A stretch of DNA of 64,000 nucleotides from assembly GCA_012517205.1 (NCBI GenBank), contig JAAYVL010000022.1, positions 85,384 through 149,383 of the forward strand, read 5' to 3'. The DNA comes from Verrucomicrobiota bacterium. GTDB lineage: Bacteria; Verrucomicrobiota; Verrucomicrobiia; Limisphaerales; UBA8199. Each line of letters opens with the position of its first letter. The stretch's first letter is position 1. Position numbers and translations under genes: made by a program. Shown piece by piece: positions 39,793-50,045 of this stretch. The notes below the pieces were generated by a model that worked only from the letters and a program-made list of their open reading frames with translations, made no database searches and was not told the origin of the DNA.

Positions 39793-41584
39793 ATGGCCCC
39801 GCGCCTTTTCCCAGGGCCAGAGGGCGGTCCTGGGGGAAATCCCATACCGTTCCCGGCGCAAGGGAGCGTTTCGTTTCCGTGATCACCCTGCCCGACTTGG
39901 CCTCAATCAGACGGAGGCGCACCCATTGAGGAGAAGCGCTTTGGTTCTCGACCCGAAGCTTTCCCGGGGCCGGGTTGCCGTGGACGAACAGATCTATGCC
40001 GTGCCGATAATTGATTCGCAGACGCTGCAGGCGAAGAGAGTCGAGTTCCACCCGAAGCGGACCCAGAAGCAGGGCCACCGGCTGGTTCGTGAGGGGCTGG
40101 GGTTGGTTGCCAAGGACCTGTATCCAAGGCTCTCCCGTTGGGGGCAGGCGCAGGATTTCATGAAGGCGATCCGCATCCGGCCCCATTTGTTTCCTCAAGC
40201 GATCCACATCGCGGACCACCACCAGCGCGCCCGCGCCGCCCCGCAGCAATGCCGCCGCTCGCTCGAAAGAGGCCGCCGGGCGAACATCGTTCAAGTAGAA
40301 TTGCACGGCAAACGGGCTGTCCACATAGGTCAAGGGCGCCTCCGGCCCCAACTGTTCACGGATCAAGCGCGCCGTCTGCCGGGCGGCAGATGTTTCCGTC
40401 ACCCGGGGGCTGCGGCGCATGAGAAAATGCCCATGAATGAAGATGCCGATTCCCATTCCGACGGCCAATACCGCTGCCAGGCGAAACAGTTTGCGATCGC
40501 TCCAGAGAGCAAGCAGTGTGGCAAGTTCGCGGCCGGCAAGGAGCGCGGCGAGGGGAAGCAGGGGCACAATCAACCGGCTCTGGCGATGTCCCCCCGCGCT
40601 AAAGACAATTATTCCCGCCAGCAGACTGCTGGCAAGGAAACGCTCAAAGCGGCGACGTGTTGGGTCCGCGTCCGGCCGTTTCCAGATGCGCCAAAACGAA
40701 TACAAGCAGGCGAAGCTCCACGGCGCAAAGGTTATCAGGAAATCCCGGGGCGGTTTCAGGGGCCCCCAGGGCGATGGCCCGTCCTCAGCCCCCACCGCCG
40801 CGCCGATCAGTTCCCGCCCAATCATCTTGTTGATCAAGGGCTGGCCCAACTGCGCGTATGCCAGCAGAAACCAGCCGCCGCAGATCAGCAAAAACAAAAG
40901 CAAGCCGGGGAAATGATTGCCTCGCAAGGGAAGGCGCGAACCGGTGCGCCATTCCCAGAAATAAGCCAGCAGGCCCGCTCCACCCAACAGAACCGCCAGC
41001 GGCCCCTTGACCAGGGTGCCGGCTGCCGCGGCAAGCCAGAACCAAATCCAACCCGAACCGCAATGCCAGGCGCGGAAAGCCGCGAAGGCTGATAAAACGA
41101 CCATGAACGCCAGCAAGCCGTCATAGCGCGCAGTGGCCAGTTGCGAGTAGCCGGCCGGAGAAACCACATAAATCATGGCGGCCAGAAAGCCGGCGCGTTC
41201 GCCAAAGCGGCTGCGTCCGCCGGCCAGCAGAGCCAGGGCCGTGGCGCACAGGGCAACCGCGGCGGGCAGATGAATGGCGACCCGGCTGATTCGGCCGGCC
41301 AGCAGCGTCGTCACCGCCGCGCACCAAGTGAGGAGAGGCGGCTTGGCCGCGATTTCACCGCCGTAATCCTTTTGGATAATCCAATTGCCATTTTGCACGG
41401 CGTCCAGGACATACGAGCCGACGCGAACATCATGCCGGCTCAGCAAGGGGTAACCAGTGGTTCTGATAACGAAGAAAAGCAGCACCGTCACCGGGATAAA
41501 CAGAGTGGCTATTTGCGCGGCTTTTGCGCGGCGTCGCCCAGGTGCGGGCGGCGGCGGCAGCCGATCTGCTTGGGTCTCACTCAT
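39728..41584 (-). CDS. GT39/GT83-type (ArnT/PMT-like) polyprenyl-phosphate-sugar-dependent glycosyltransferase
   Basis: The ORF is 39728..41641 with the ATG at 41584 (MSETQADRL). About ten TM helices carry the family loop motif YGGEIAAKPPLLTW. A soluble C-terminal domain of roughly 200 aa follows. The 3' end overlaps the convergent gene by 65 nt. Confidence 0.7.
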   Translation of the reverse strand: MSETQADRLPPPPAPGRRRAKAAQIATLFIPVTVLLFFVIRTTGYPLLSRHDVRVGSYVLDAVQNGNWIIQKDYGGEIAAKPPLLTWCAAVTTLLAGRISRVAIHLPAAVALCATALALLAGGRSRFGERAGFLAAMIYVVSPAGYSQLATARYDGLLAFMVVLSAFAAFRAWHCGSGWIWFWLAAAAGTLVKGPLAVLLGGAGLLAYFWEWRTGSRLPLRGNHFPGLLLFLLICGGWFLLAYAQLGQPLINKMIGRELIGAAVGAEDGPSPWGPLKPPRDFLITFAPWSFACLYSFWRIWKRPDADPTRRRFERFLASSLLAGIIVFSAGGHRQSRLIVPLLPLAALLAGRELATLLALWSDRKLFRLAAVLAVGMGIGIFIHGHFLMRRSPRVTETSAARQTARLIREQLGPEAPLTYVDSPFAVQFYLNDVRPAASFERAAALLRGGAGALVVVRDVDRLRKQMGPDADRLHEILRLPPTGEPWIQVLGNQPQPLTNQPVALLLGPLRVELDSLRLQRLRINYRHGIDLFVHGNPAPGKLRVENQSASPQWVRLRLIEAKSGRVITETKRSLAPGTVWDFPQDRPLALGKGAGPFTLARWPDSRPPAPAISPAGP

Positions 41585-41689
41585 AACAATGCCAACCGGG
41601 TTGGGAAGATGGTGTGGATTTGGGGCAAACGCCAATCTCAATTCGCGAGCCTCAGAGGGAGGCGCATATGCCCAAGGGTAGAGTTTGAA

Positions 41690-42847
41690 TTACGCTGCCG
41701 AAAGCACTCGGGAACGCTGGCGTCGGGAGTAAAAGTCGGCCAAGGCGACGGCTTGCGCGTCCAGCCGAAACTCTTTTGCGGCCTTGAGCGCCGCAGCCTC
41801 GCCCAGGCGGCGGCGCTGCGCCGGGTCAGAGGCGAGTTGGACCATGCAGCGGGCCAGGTCGTCGGCGGTGTCGTTGAAGATAAGCCCCGTTTTGCCGGAT
41901 TCGTTCAATTCCGGCAGCATCCCGAGGTTGTTGGCGATGATCGGGCGGCCCAGGGCCATGGCCTCGCGCATGGCGCGGGCGGTGCCGTCGGAGCCGGCGA
42001 TGAGAAAGACCATGCCGTCCATGCTGGCCAGGGCTGCGCGGTAGCGATCGGTAAGGTAGCCGGCCACTTTGACCCGCGGCTCCAGGCCGAACTGGCGAAT
42101 CGGATCCAGAACAGTCTGCTGCATGTCGCCGCCGCGCCCGACCAACAGGGCCTTGAGTTGGGGGGCTGTCCGGCTGGCTTGGGCCAGCGCGGCGAGGAAC
42201 AGTTCCATCCGGCGGTATTTCTGGAAACGGGCAACGACGCCCAGGACGACCTCGTCATCCCGAAACCCGAACTCCTCGCGCATTTGTCGGCGGGCCGTTT
42301 CGGGCACGGGAGTGAAGGCCTCGGGACCGAGGGCGGGGCTGATCCGGGCCACCCGTTCGGCAGCGAGCCCAAACTGCTGCCGCAGGCGTAATTGGGCTCG
42401 ATCGGAGAAGGTCACCACGCCATCCGCCAGCCGGGTGAGCAGCCAGCGGTTCAGGAATCCGGGGGCAAAGGAGTCGCGGTAATGATCGGTGCGAATCACC
42501 ACCACCGGGCGCGCGCTCAGGCGGGCGGCCAGTCCGCCCAGGAGGTGATCGTGCGAAAGGTGAGTGTGAACGATATCAAGGGGGTGGTGCCGCAGGAAGC
42601 GCGTGAGCCGCTGGAGGTCGGGCAGGCTGGTGCGCAGCACCTGATGGTGATTCAGTTCGAATTGGTGGCTGAGGTTGACTCCGCGATCCCGGGCGAAAGT
42701 AGCGATACTGCGGGATTCGCGCCCGGCGCGGGGCGGGCAGGCCAGGGTGACGGCATGCCCCAACTGCTGCAGGCCCCGGCACATGTTGAGCACGGGCTCG
42801 GAGGGGCCGGTCCATTTCCAGTCGCTGAACAGGTGTAGAATGTTCAC
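41690..42847 (-). CDS. family 4 (GT-B) glycosyltransferase
   Basis: 385 aa. It has MNILHLFSDWKWTGPSEP and the C-terminal AGSDGTARAMREAMALGRPIIANN.GMLPELN..GKTGLIF. Confidence 0.8.
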   Translation of the reverse strand: MNILHLFSDWKWTGPSEPVLNMCRGLQQLGHAVTLACPPRAGRESRSIATFARDRGVNLSHQFELNHHQVLRTSLPDLQRLTRFLRHHPLDIVHTHLSHDHLLGGLAARLSARPVVVIRTDHYRDSFAPGFLNRWLLTRLADGVVTFSDRAQLRLRQQFGLAAERVARISPALGPEAFTPVPETARRQMREEFGFRDDEVVLGVVARFQKYRRMELFLAALAQASRTAPQLKALLVGRGGDMQQTVLDPIRQFGLEPRVKVAGYLTDRYRAALASMDGMVFLIAGSDGTARAMREAMALGRPIIANNLGMLPELNESGKTGLIFNDTADDLARCMVQLASDPAQRRRLGEAAALKAAKEFRLDAQAVALADFYSRRQRSRVLSAA

Positions 42848-42891
42848 AGCGCGCGCCGCCGGGGAGGGGGAAAGTGAAGCCGGGAGTTAGA

Positions 42892-44010
42892 TTAACCGCG
42901 GCCCAGCCGTGAACGCACGATCGGGCAGCCGGGGCTTAGCTTCGCGCCATCTCCGGCTGCGGATTCGTAGAGCGCCGTGAGGATCTCCACGTTCTTGCGC
43001 CCTTCGTTTCCTTCCACGAGCCCCGGACGGTTATCGAGGATGGCCTCGGCGACATCACGGAGATAGGGAACATGCCCGTTGCCATACACGTTGGGGACGG
43101 CTTGCGATGCTTGCTGGTGAATGACCTCATCCCCCGGTTGCGGCTCCGTGAATTCCCAGCAGAGAATCTGGTTTACGGCCACGCCGCCAATCACCACCGT
43201 GCCTTTCTCGCCCAGAATGCTGAGGGAGCCTTCCAGGTTCCGGGGGCGGGCGGCGACCGTGGCTTCCAGGATTCCCAGCGCGCCGCTCGCTGCCTTGAAG
43301 ATAGCCACGGCGGTGTCTTCCGCCTCCAACCGCAAGAGGCGATTCGCCGCCTGGCACTGGACGGACTCGATCGGGCCGAGAAACCATTGCAGCAGGTCAA
43401 TATGATGACTGGCCTGCTGCGACATCACCCCCCCGTCCAACGCCCACCGGCCATGCCAGGCGTCCGCTTCATAGTACGACTGGTCCCGGCGCCACCGCAC
43501 GCGCACGGTGACCAGCACCAAATTGCCAAAACGCCCGGCCGTGAAAGCGCGCCGGGCGGCTTGCACCGCGGGGTTGAAACGATTCTGTTTCACTACAAAC
43601 AGCCGCCGCCCGTTCTGTCGGCAGGCCGCCAGCATCGCATCGCAGTCATCGAGGGTCAGGGCCATCGGTTTCTCCACCACGATATGCTTCTGGAAACGCG
43701 CCACCGCCTGTACATGCGCGGAATGATAACCCGTGGGCGTGGCGATATCCACGACCTCAATCTCCGGATGCTCCGCCAGCATGACCGAAAAGTCCGTGTA
43801 GGCGGGAACCCCATACTTGGCTCCTTTCTGCTGGGCGCGGGATGGATCAACGTCAGCCACAGCCACCAGGCGGGCCGGAACCTCCGCCGCGGTGAGCGCC
43901 GCCAGGTGGTTTTCCGACACCCGGCCGCAGCCGATGAGCGCAAAGGACAATTCCCGTCGCAGCGGCGCCGGAACGGAGTCCGGCGTGCCGGTGCTAAAAT
44001 TGGCTGACAT
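42892..44010 (-). CDS. Gfo/Idh/MocA family NAD-dependent sugar oxidoreductase
   Basis: The ORF is 42892..44106 with the ATG at 44010 (MSANFSTG). It has the Rossmann motif FALIGCGRVSENH and EKPMALTLDDCD. It may act on a UDP-sugar, given the context. Confidence 0.75.
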   Translation of the reverse strand: MSANFSTGTPDSVPAPLRRELSFALIGCGRVSENHLAALTAAEVPARLVAVADVDPSRAQQKGAKYGVPAYTDFSVMLAEHPEIEVVDIATPTGYHSAHVQAVARFQKHIVVEKPMALTLDDCDAMLAACRQNGRRLFVVKQNRFNPAVQAARRAFTAGRFGNLVLVTVRVRWRRDQSYYEADAWHGRWALDGGVMSQQASHHIDLLQWFLGPIESVQCQAANRLLRLEAEDTAVAIFKAASGALGILEATVAARPRNLEGSLSILGEKGTVVIGGVAVNQILCWEFTEPQPGDEVIHQQASQAVPNVYGNGHVPYLRDVAEAILDNRPGLVEGNEGRKNVEILTALYESAAGDGAKLSPGCPIVRSRLGRG

Positions 44011-44268
44011 AATTAAAACGTCTCGAAAGGTAGGAGATCGCCAACCGGGCGGCAAGACGCCAAATAAAACCCACGAATCCCGAAAAGAACCTGCCTGCTC
44101 CCTCACAAGGATTAGCCGCGTTGCTTCCGGGTTCCGTCCCGGAGCGGACTACATCTGGCAAATGCACCCCCGCGCGCGCGGTCCCTGGCCGGCCTGATTA
44201 AAAAGCGTTGGGGCGGAGTCGCCTCGGGGCCGGGGCCGACGGAATCGTTTGCCGGCGGGGAGCGGGAG

Positions 44269-45663
44269 TCAAATCTCCTGCACTTGCCGATACTCGGGCA
44301 CGAGGACCTGGGCCTGGGGCTTCATTTGCCGCAGGGTTTCGCCGAAAGCCAGGGCCTGCTCCTCTTCACCGTGAATGACGCTAATCTGCTTGATTTCGCC
44401 CGTGATATTCTCGACGTAGCGGCGCAGTTCGTGCTTGTCGGCATGACCGGAAAAAGAATCAATCGAGGCAATGCGGGCCCGGACTTCGTGCGGTTCGCCG
44501 AAGATATTCACAGGATTCCGGCCGGCCAGGATTTGCGCGCCCAGGGTGTGCTCGGCGCAATAACCGACGAAGAGAATCAAGTTCACCGGGTTGCCGATGT
44601 GGTTGGCCAGATGATGGCGGATACGCCCGGCTTCGGCCATGCCCGAGGCGCTGATAATGATCGCCGCCTCCTTCAGATCATTAAGCTTCATCGAATGGGC
44701 CACCTCGCGGATATAAGTCAGGTTCTCCATCCCGAACGGGTTCTGCTTTTCGCGCAGGAACTTGTAAGTGGCTTCGTTGAAGCATTCGGGATGCAGCCGA
44801 TAGACTTCGGTCGCATTCACGCTCAGGGGGCTGTCCACGAAGATGGGAACGCGGGGCAATTTCCCGGCCAGGGTTAGCTGATGCAGCGTATAGACGACCT
44901 GCTGGGTCCGCCCCACGGAGAATGAGGGAATGATAACCTTGCCCTGCCGGCCGAGGGTTTCCAGCACCATCCGCTCGACGTCCGCGTTGGCGCGGGGTTT
45001 CGGCGCATGCTCGCGCGCCCCGTAGGTGCTTTCCACCTGAAGGTAGTCCACATCTTCCACCCGCTCCGGATCCCGGAGAATATCGTCATTGCCCCGCCCA
45101 ATATCGCCGCTGAAAAGATAACGGTATTGGCGCCCGCTTTCACGGATGTCGAAGGCCACTTGCGCGGCGCCAAGAATATGGCCGGCATCGTGGAAGGTGA
45201 CCGTGACGCCGTCGGAAACCGGGAACGGGCGATTGTAGTTCACGCTGACAAACTGCCGAACCGCCCGGTCCGCATCCAGGGCGGTGTACAGCGGTTCGAC
45301 GGGCGGCAGGCCCCGCTTGGCGCGTTTCCTGGATACAAACGCCGCGTCATCCCGTTGGATTTGCGCCGAATCCTCCAGCATGATGCTGGCCAGGTCGCGG
45401 GTGGCAAAGGTGCAATAAATATTTCCCTCGAATCCCTGCCGGCAAAGGTTGGGCAGGTTGCCGCAATGATCAACATGCGCATGGCTGAGGACAACCGCGT
45501 TAATGGCTTTCGGGTCGAAAGGGAAGGTGCGGTTGCGCTCGATGGATTCCCCGCGCCGCCCCTGGAACAGGCCGCACTCCAGCAGGAGCCGTTGCCCATT
45601 TAATTCAAGGAGATACAGCGAACCGGTCGTGGTGCGCGTGGCGCCAAAAAATGAAATTCGCAT
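44269..45663 (-). CDS. MBL-fold beta-CASP RNA-metabolising hydrolase
   Basis: The ORF is 44269..45723 with the ATG at 45663 (MRISFFGATRTTTGS). It has the metallo-beta-lactamase motif VLSHAHVDHCG and beta-CASP / RNA-specificity motifs (ESTYG, SGHAD). Confidence 0.85.
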   Translation of the reverse strand: MRISFFGATRTTTGSLYLLELNGQRLLLECGLFQGRRGESIERNRTFPFDPKAINAVVLSHAHVDHCGNLPNLCRQGFEGNIYCTFATRDLASIMLEDSAQIQRDDAAFVSRKRAKRGLPPVEPLYTALDADRAVRQFVSVNYNRPFPVSDGVTVTFHDAGHILGAAQVAFDIRESGRQYRYLFSGDIGRGNDDILRDPERVEDVDYLQVESTYGAREHAPKPRANADVERMVLETLGRQGKVIIPSFSVGRTQQVVYTLHQLTLAGKLPRVPIFVDSPLSVNATEVYRLHPECFNEATYKFLREKQNPFGMENLTYIREVAHSMKLNDLKEAAIIISASGMAEAGRIRHHLANHIGNPVNLILFVGYCAEHTLGAQILAGRNPVNIFGEPHEVRARIASIDSFSGHADKHELRRYVENITGEIKQISVIHGEEEQALAFGETLRQMKPQAQVLVPEYRQVQEI

Positions 45664-45764
45664 GACCGGGAAGATGTTGGCTCCGGCGCGGATGTCGAGC
45701 CAAATCCGCCCCGGACTTGGCAAAAGCCGCGCGCGGGCAGGGCCGGCGTCGTTGGCGCCGGCGG

Positions 45765-45983
45765 TCAGCTATGGCGGAAGGTAATCCGCGCTTTGCCCAG
45801 GTCGTAGGGGGACATTTCGACGTTGACCTTGTCGCCAACGCTGATCCGGATGAAGTTCTTGCGCATCTTCCCCGAAATATGCGCCAACACTTCGTGGCCA
45901 TTGGGCAAGGCCACGCGGAACATGGTGCCGGGCAGCACCTGTGTCACTGAGCCGCTTAATTCAATCGGTTCTTCCTTCGCCAC
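45765..45983 (-). CDS. infA: translation initiation factor IF-1
   Basis: 72 aa. The sequence is [70 protein letters not shown]. Confidence 0.97.
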   Translation of the reverse strand: MAKEEPIELSGSVTQVLPGTMFRVALPNGHEVLAHISGKMRKNFIRISVGDKVNVEMSPYDLGKARITFRHS

Positions 45984-46174
45984 GCTAAACAGTCTTTAAT
46001 GTAAACCAGGTATTTTCCGGACTCCGGCCCGCGGCCTGTTCGTCACGCGTTTGGCCGCTGCCGGTTGTCCAAGGACGATAACATGCCGTTTCGCCCAACC
46101 AAAATCAAGCGGCTTCTGAAGTAAAAAAACAGGATGGACAAGTCCGGAAAAACCGTTAGAGTCGCGCCATAAAT

Positions 46175-46459
46175 ATGAAAAACAATCCTTTGCCCAGGGT
46201 GCTGCTGGGAGTGCTGCTGGTCAGCGCGCTCGCCTCGGTCGTGTTGTGCTGGCTTTATATTTCCAATACCCGCCAACTGCGGACGCTGCAGGGGCAGTTG
46301 AACATAATTAACAACAACCGGACGGTGATGGCCACCCTGGCCAATGACGCGCTGGAATACAGCAAGAAAAACCCCGCGATTGATCCCATCCTGGAATCCG
46401 TCGGCCTGAAGCCGGCTAAAACCGGGACTCCGGCCGCAACCAAACCCGCAACCAAGTAG
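46175..46459 (+). CDS. small single-pass membrane protein, unknown function
   Basis: 94 aa. An N-terminal TM (VLLGVLLVSALASVVLCWLYI) is followed by a polar domain and a T/P/A/K-rich tail. Its architecture is similar to the next ORF. Confidence 0.55.
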   Translation: MKNNPLPRVLLGVLLVSALASVVLCWLYISNTRQLRTLQGQLNIINNNRTVMATLANDALEYSKKNPAIDPILESVGLKPAKTGTPAATKPATK

Positions 46460-46465
46460 CCGCTT

Positions 46466-46867
46466 ATGGACTCCTTCGACAATAAACCCTCCTCCCCCGC
46501 CGAGGCCAACCCCCTGCAGGCGCAGTATGACGCGCTGCAGCACATGGTGGTATCCATCTTGATCCTGGTCATTGTGATTAGCGGGACGCTCAATATCTAT
46601 TTTCTGCGGCAATGGCGAACCGTGAGCAAAGACCTGGCGGCCGTAAGCCCGCAAGCCACGAAAATGATCGCCGACTACCAGAAAACCAGCGCCCCGGCCA
46701 TGAATGATTTCGTCAAGAAGATCATCGAATTCGGGCGCACGCATCCGGACTTTGCCCCGGTGCTCACCAAATACAATTTGCAGGTGGATACCTCCACGGG
46801 AGCGACTGTTTCGCCGCCGGCTTCTCCGGCTCCAACTGCCCCGGCTCCCGCGCCCAAAAAGAAGTAG
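46466..46867 (+). CDS. small single-pass membrane protein, unknown function
   Basis: 133 aa. It has the TM MVVSILILVIVISGTLNIYFL and a P/A-rich tail ending in KKK. It starts 7 nt after the previous stop. Confidence 0.55.
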   Translation: MDSFDNKPSSPAEANPLQAQYDALQHMVVSILILVIVISGTLNIYFLRQWRTVSKDLAAVSPQATKMIADYQKTSAPAMNDFVKKIIEFGRTHPDFAPVLTKYNLQVDTSTGATVSPPASPAPTAPAPAPKKK

Positions 46868-47121
46868 GCCCCGCGCCGAATAGCATCATGCCCGGCGCTC
46901 GGCGGAGAGTGGCTGAGCGCGGCCCATACCCTTTTGCCCTCCCGGGATCGTAATCCGTTCGCCGGGAAGAAAGCTCCCTGCCGGTGAGACGTGGCTGGCG
47001 CCTGGCCGTCCGCCGTTGTTAAGGCGCCAATCCCGCGCGGATATGGCGGGGGCAGGGGAGTCCGGGCGGCCGAACGGAAGCGCGTGCCGACGGTTCGGGA
47101 AGGATTGCGCGGCAGAAAGTT

Positions 47122-48717
47122 TTGCGCCAGACTTGGGCCGTGAAAGCAGGCAAGACGAGCCATCAATCCGGTTCTCCCGGGGTTTCCCGGCGGAAGTTCA
47201 TTGTGACGGGCGGGACAGCGGCGGCGGCGTTTACGATTGTGCCGCGGCGGGTGCTGGGAGGCGCGGGGTTTGTGGCGCCCAGCGAAAAAATTACCCTGGC
47301 CCTGATCGGTTGCGGCACGCAGGGGCTGCGGGAATTGCCAAGCCTGTTCGCCTTGCCCGAGGTTCAGATCGTTGCCGTGTGTGATCCGGTCAAGGACGGG
47401 CACGACTACCTGGACTGGTCCCGGGACGGTCATCGCGCGGCGATCGCCGAGATGCTGCGCCAGCCGGATTGGCGGCGCGGCCAGCCGGGCATCCCCGGGG
47501 GGCGCGAAGTGGCCCGGGAGGTGGTGGAAACCGTCTATGCCCGCCAGCGGTCGGAGGAGAAGTTCCGGGGCTGCACAGCCTACGCCGATTTTCGCGAGCT
47601 GCTGGCGCAGGAGCGGGATGTGAATGCCGTCAAGGTGATGACCCCCGACCACCTGCATGCGGCGGTGGCGATTGCGGCGATGAAACAGGGCAAGCACGTC
47701 ATGATGCATAAACCGCTGGCCAACCGCCTGCTGGAGGCGCGGTGGGTGATCGAGTGGGCCCGGAAGACAAAGGTGGCCACGCATTTTCTCGCCGCCAGCG
47801 ACGGCGCGGACATCCAGGAAATCAAGCGCTGGATTGATGGCGGCGCCATCGGCTCCTTGCGCGAGATTCATAACTGGTCTAACCGCCCCGTGTGGCCCCA
47901 ATACTCCGCGATCCCGACGGATCAGCCGCCGGTGCCGGCCGGGTTCGACTGGCCGCTGTGGCTGGGGCCGTCGCGCGACCGGCCGTACCATCCCTGCTAT
48001 ACGCACGCCGTCTTCCGGGGATGGTACGAGTTTGGCGGCGGGGCACTGGCCGACATGGGGCATTATAGCCTGTGGCCGGTGTTCCAGCTCTTCGGCTTGG
48101 AGGCGCCGGTCCGGGTGGAATCATGCCCCACCCACGTCTGCACGGTTCGGGACCAGGTGGCCGTCCGAGTCCGGAACGACTACTCTTTTCCCGCGGCCTG
48201 CACCATCCGGTTCAAGTTTGCCGCCCGGGGCGCCCGGCCCGCGCTCGACCTGTTTTGGTACGACGGCTCGCTGCGCCCGCCCACGCCGGAGGAGTTGGAG
48301 CACGACAACCAGGCGCTGCCGTCCGAGGGGATGATGTTTGTGGGCGACCGCGGGAAGATTCTCGCGGGTTTCCGCGGTGAGGCGCCGAAAATCATCCCGG
48401 AGAAAAAGATGCGCGAGTTTCGCGCGGCGGCGAGCGCGCGGGAAACGGCGGAGGCGCAAACGCGGCCGCCCACCCGGCGTGACGCCGCGGCGGCATGGGT
48501 GGCGGCCTGCAAGGGAGGCCCCGCCACCGTGGGCGACTTTCTGCTTGCCGGGCCCATCTCGGACGCGTTCAATCTGGGCGCGGTGTCGTTGCGGTTGGGG
48601 GGACGGCGGCTGGCCTTTGACGCCGCCGCCGCGAAGATCGGCGCTGACGCCGAAGCCAACCAGTGCCTGGCGCGGGAGTATCGCGCGGGCTGGGAACTGG
48701 CCGGCCCGGCGGCCTAG
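47122..48717 (+). CDS. Tat-signal Gfo/Idh/MocA family oxidoreductase
   Basis: 531 aa. It has the twin-arginine leader SRRKFIVTGGTAAAAFTIVP, the Rossmann motif LALIGCGTQG and MMHKPLA. Confidence 0.8.
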   Translation: MRQTWAVKAGKTSHQSGSPGVSRRKFIVTGGTAAAAFTIVPRRVLGGAGFVAPSEKITLALIGCGTQGLRELPSLFALPEVQIVAVCDPVKDGHDYLDWSRDGHRAAIAEMLRQPDWRRGQPGIPGGREVAREVVETVYARQRSEEKFRGCTAYADFRELLAQERDVNAVKVMTPDHLHAAVAIAAMKQGKHVMMHKPLANRLLEARWVIEWARKTKVATHFLAASDGADIQEIKRWIDGGAIGSLREIHNWSNRPVWPQYSAIPTDQPPVPAGFDWPLWLGPSRDRPYHPCYTHAVFRGWYEFGGGALADMGHYSLWPVFQLFGLEAPVRVESCPTHVCTVRDQVAVRVRNDYSFPAACTIRFKFAARGARPALDLFWYDGSLRPPTPEELEHDNQALPSEGMMFVGDRGKILAGFRGEAPKIIPEKKMREFRAAASARETAEAQTRPPTRRDAAAAWVAACKGGPATVGDFLLAGPISDAFNLGAVSLRLGGRRLAFDAAAAKIGADAEANQCLAREYRAGWELAGPAA

Positions 48718-48770
48718 GCGCCGCCCCTCCGCTTGGCCGCCGCGCGCTAACCGCACTGGCAGCGAGCTTT

Positions 48771-50030
48771 ATGTCTGGATTGGTTCATGTTGTTTGCGCG
48801 ACGCCGCCCACGCCCAACCCCGGCATGGGCTCGGTGGATTTGGCGTTCTACGGCCTGTGGCAGCGGCATTTTCCGGACGTGGACGTGCGCTTCTGCCAGT
48901 TGTTCACCGCGGACGAACAGCATCGGCATCGCTCCCCCCGCCAGCAGCAGGAATTTGCCGCGCGCGAAGCGCTGCCGTTTGCTTATCACTCCTGCCGCAA
49001 CCGGCTTCCCGCGTTGGCCGCCGGCCGCGCCGTGATCTTCTGGGGCGACTTTCTGCACATGGCCCACTACCGCCAGCAACTCGCCCGGCGGTTGGTTGCC
49101 CTGGGAATCACGCCAACGCTCGCGGAAGGGATCGCGGCCGTGGATCAGCATTTCTTCCTGGCCGATTCGCCAGACGGGATGCTGAACCAGACACTGGCGT
49201 TTGGCGGAACCCTCATCTTTAACTGCGCGGCCGACCGCCTGGACCCGGCCTACGAAAACCTCTTGCGCCGCTGGGCGCGGCAGACCCGGGGGATCTGGAT
49301 GCGCGACCTCTTCTCGGCGCGGCTGATCAACCGGCTGCGGAATGACTGGAGCCAGTCGTTTTTGGGCGTGGATTGCGCCCTGTTGCTCGAAGACGCAAGT
49401 CTGGCCGGCCTCCCGCGGCAGTGGGCCGCCGACCCGCGCACGGGAACGGACCGCGGCGTGGCGGGCCTTTTCCTCTCCCGCAATGTCGTGCCGCAGCGGT
49501 TGATGCTGGCGTTTGCGCGCGCGGTTTGCCGGGCGCGCGGAGTGCGGGCGGAGTGGCTGCCCTGGCGAAGCTCCCGGTTTCCGGAATGGCCCTCCCGGTG
49601 GGCGTTCCCCGAACTGGCGCGCCCGGTATCCACCGCGCCACCCGCGCTGGTGGACCTCCTGGACCGTATTCGCCGGTATGATTTCGTGATCAGCGACACC
49701 TATCATGTCTGTGTGAACGCCTGGCGGCTGGGGATCCCGGCGATTTGCATCGGCGAAACCTGGTCCCGCCGGGAGATGGATGTCAGTTGCGGGGTGGTGG
49801 GAGCGTGGCGCGACAAGCGTTGGGTTTTTTATGCCATGAATGAGGCCCTCGAATTCTACATCCACGCTGGCGAACTGACCCGTCGCCGCTGGCGTGAGCG
49901 GCGGGCCGCGGAGACGGCGGAACGGCTGGCGTCCCGCCCGCTGCTGGACCTGGTCCGCCACGGCATTCAGGAGCGCGCCGCTGCCGCCCGCCAGGCGTTC
50001 CTGGACGCGCTGTTTTCGCTCATCCGCTGA
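48771..50030 (+). CDS. possible polysaccharide pyruvyl transferase family protein
   Basis: The ORF is 48663..50030 with the ATG at 48771 (MSGLVHVV). The C-terminal FVISDTYHVCVNAWRLGIPAICIG resembles the R/T-x-H...G.P motif of PF04230 enzymes. The assignment is weak and unverified. Confidence 0.4.
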   Translation: MSGLVHVVCATPPTPNPGMGSVDLAFYGLWQRHFPDVDVRFCQLFTADEQHRHRSPRQQQEFAAREALPFAYHSCRNRLPALAAGRAVIFWGDFLHMAHYRQQLARRLVALGITPTLAEGIAAVDQHFFLADSPDGMLNQTLAFGGTLIFNCAADRLDPAYENLLRRWARQTRGIWMRDLFSARLINRLRNDWSQSFLGVDCALLLEDASLAGLPRQWAADPRTGTDRGVAGLFLSRNVVPQRLMLAFARAVCRARGVRAEWLPWRSSRFPEWPSRWAFPELARPVSTAPPALVDLLDRIRRYDFVISDTYHVCVNAWRLGIPAICIGETWSRREMDVSCGVVGAWRDKRWVFYAMNEALEFYIHAGELTRRRWRERRAAETAERLASRPLLDLVRHGIQERAAAARQAFLDALFSLIR

Positions 50031-50045
50031 GGCCGGAGAACCGTC

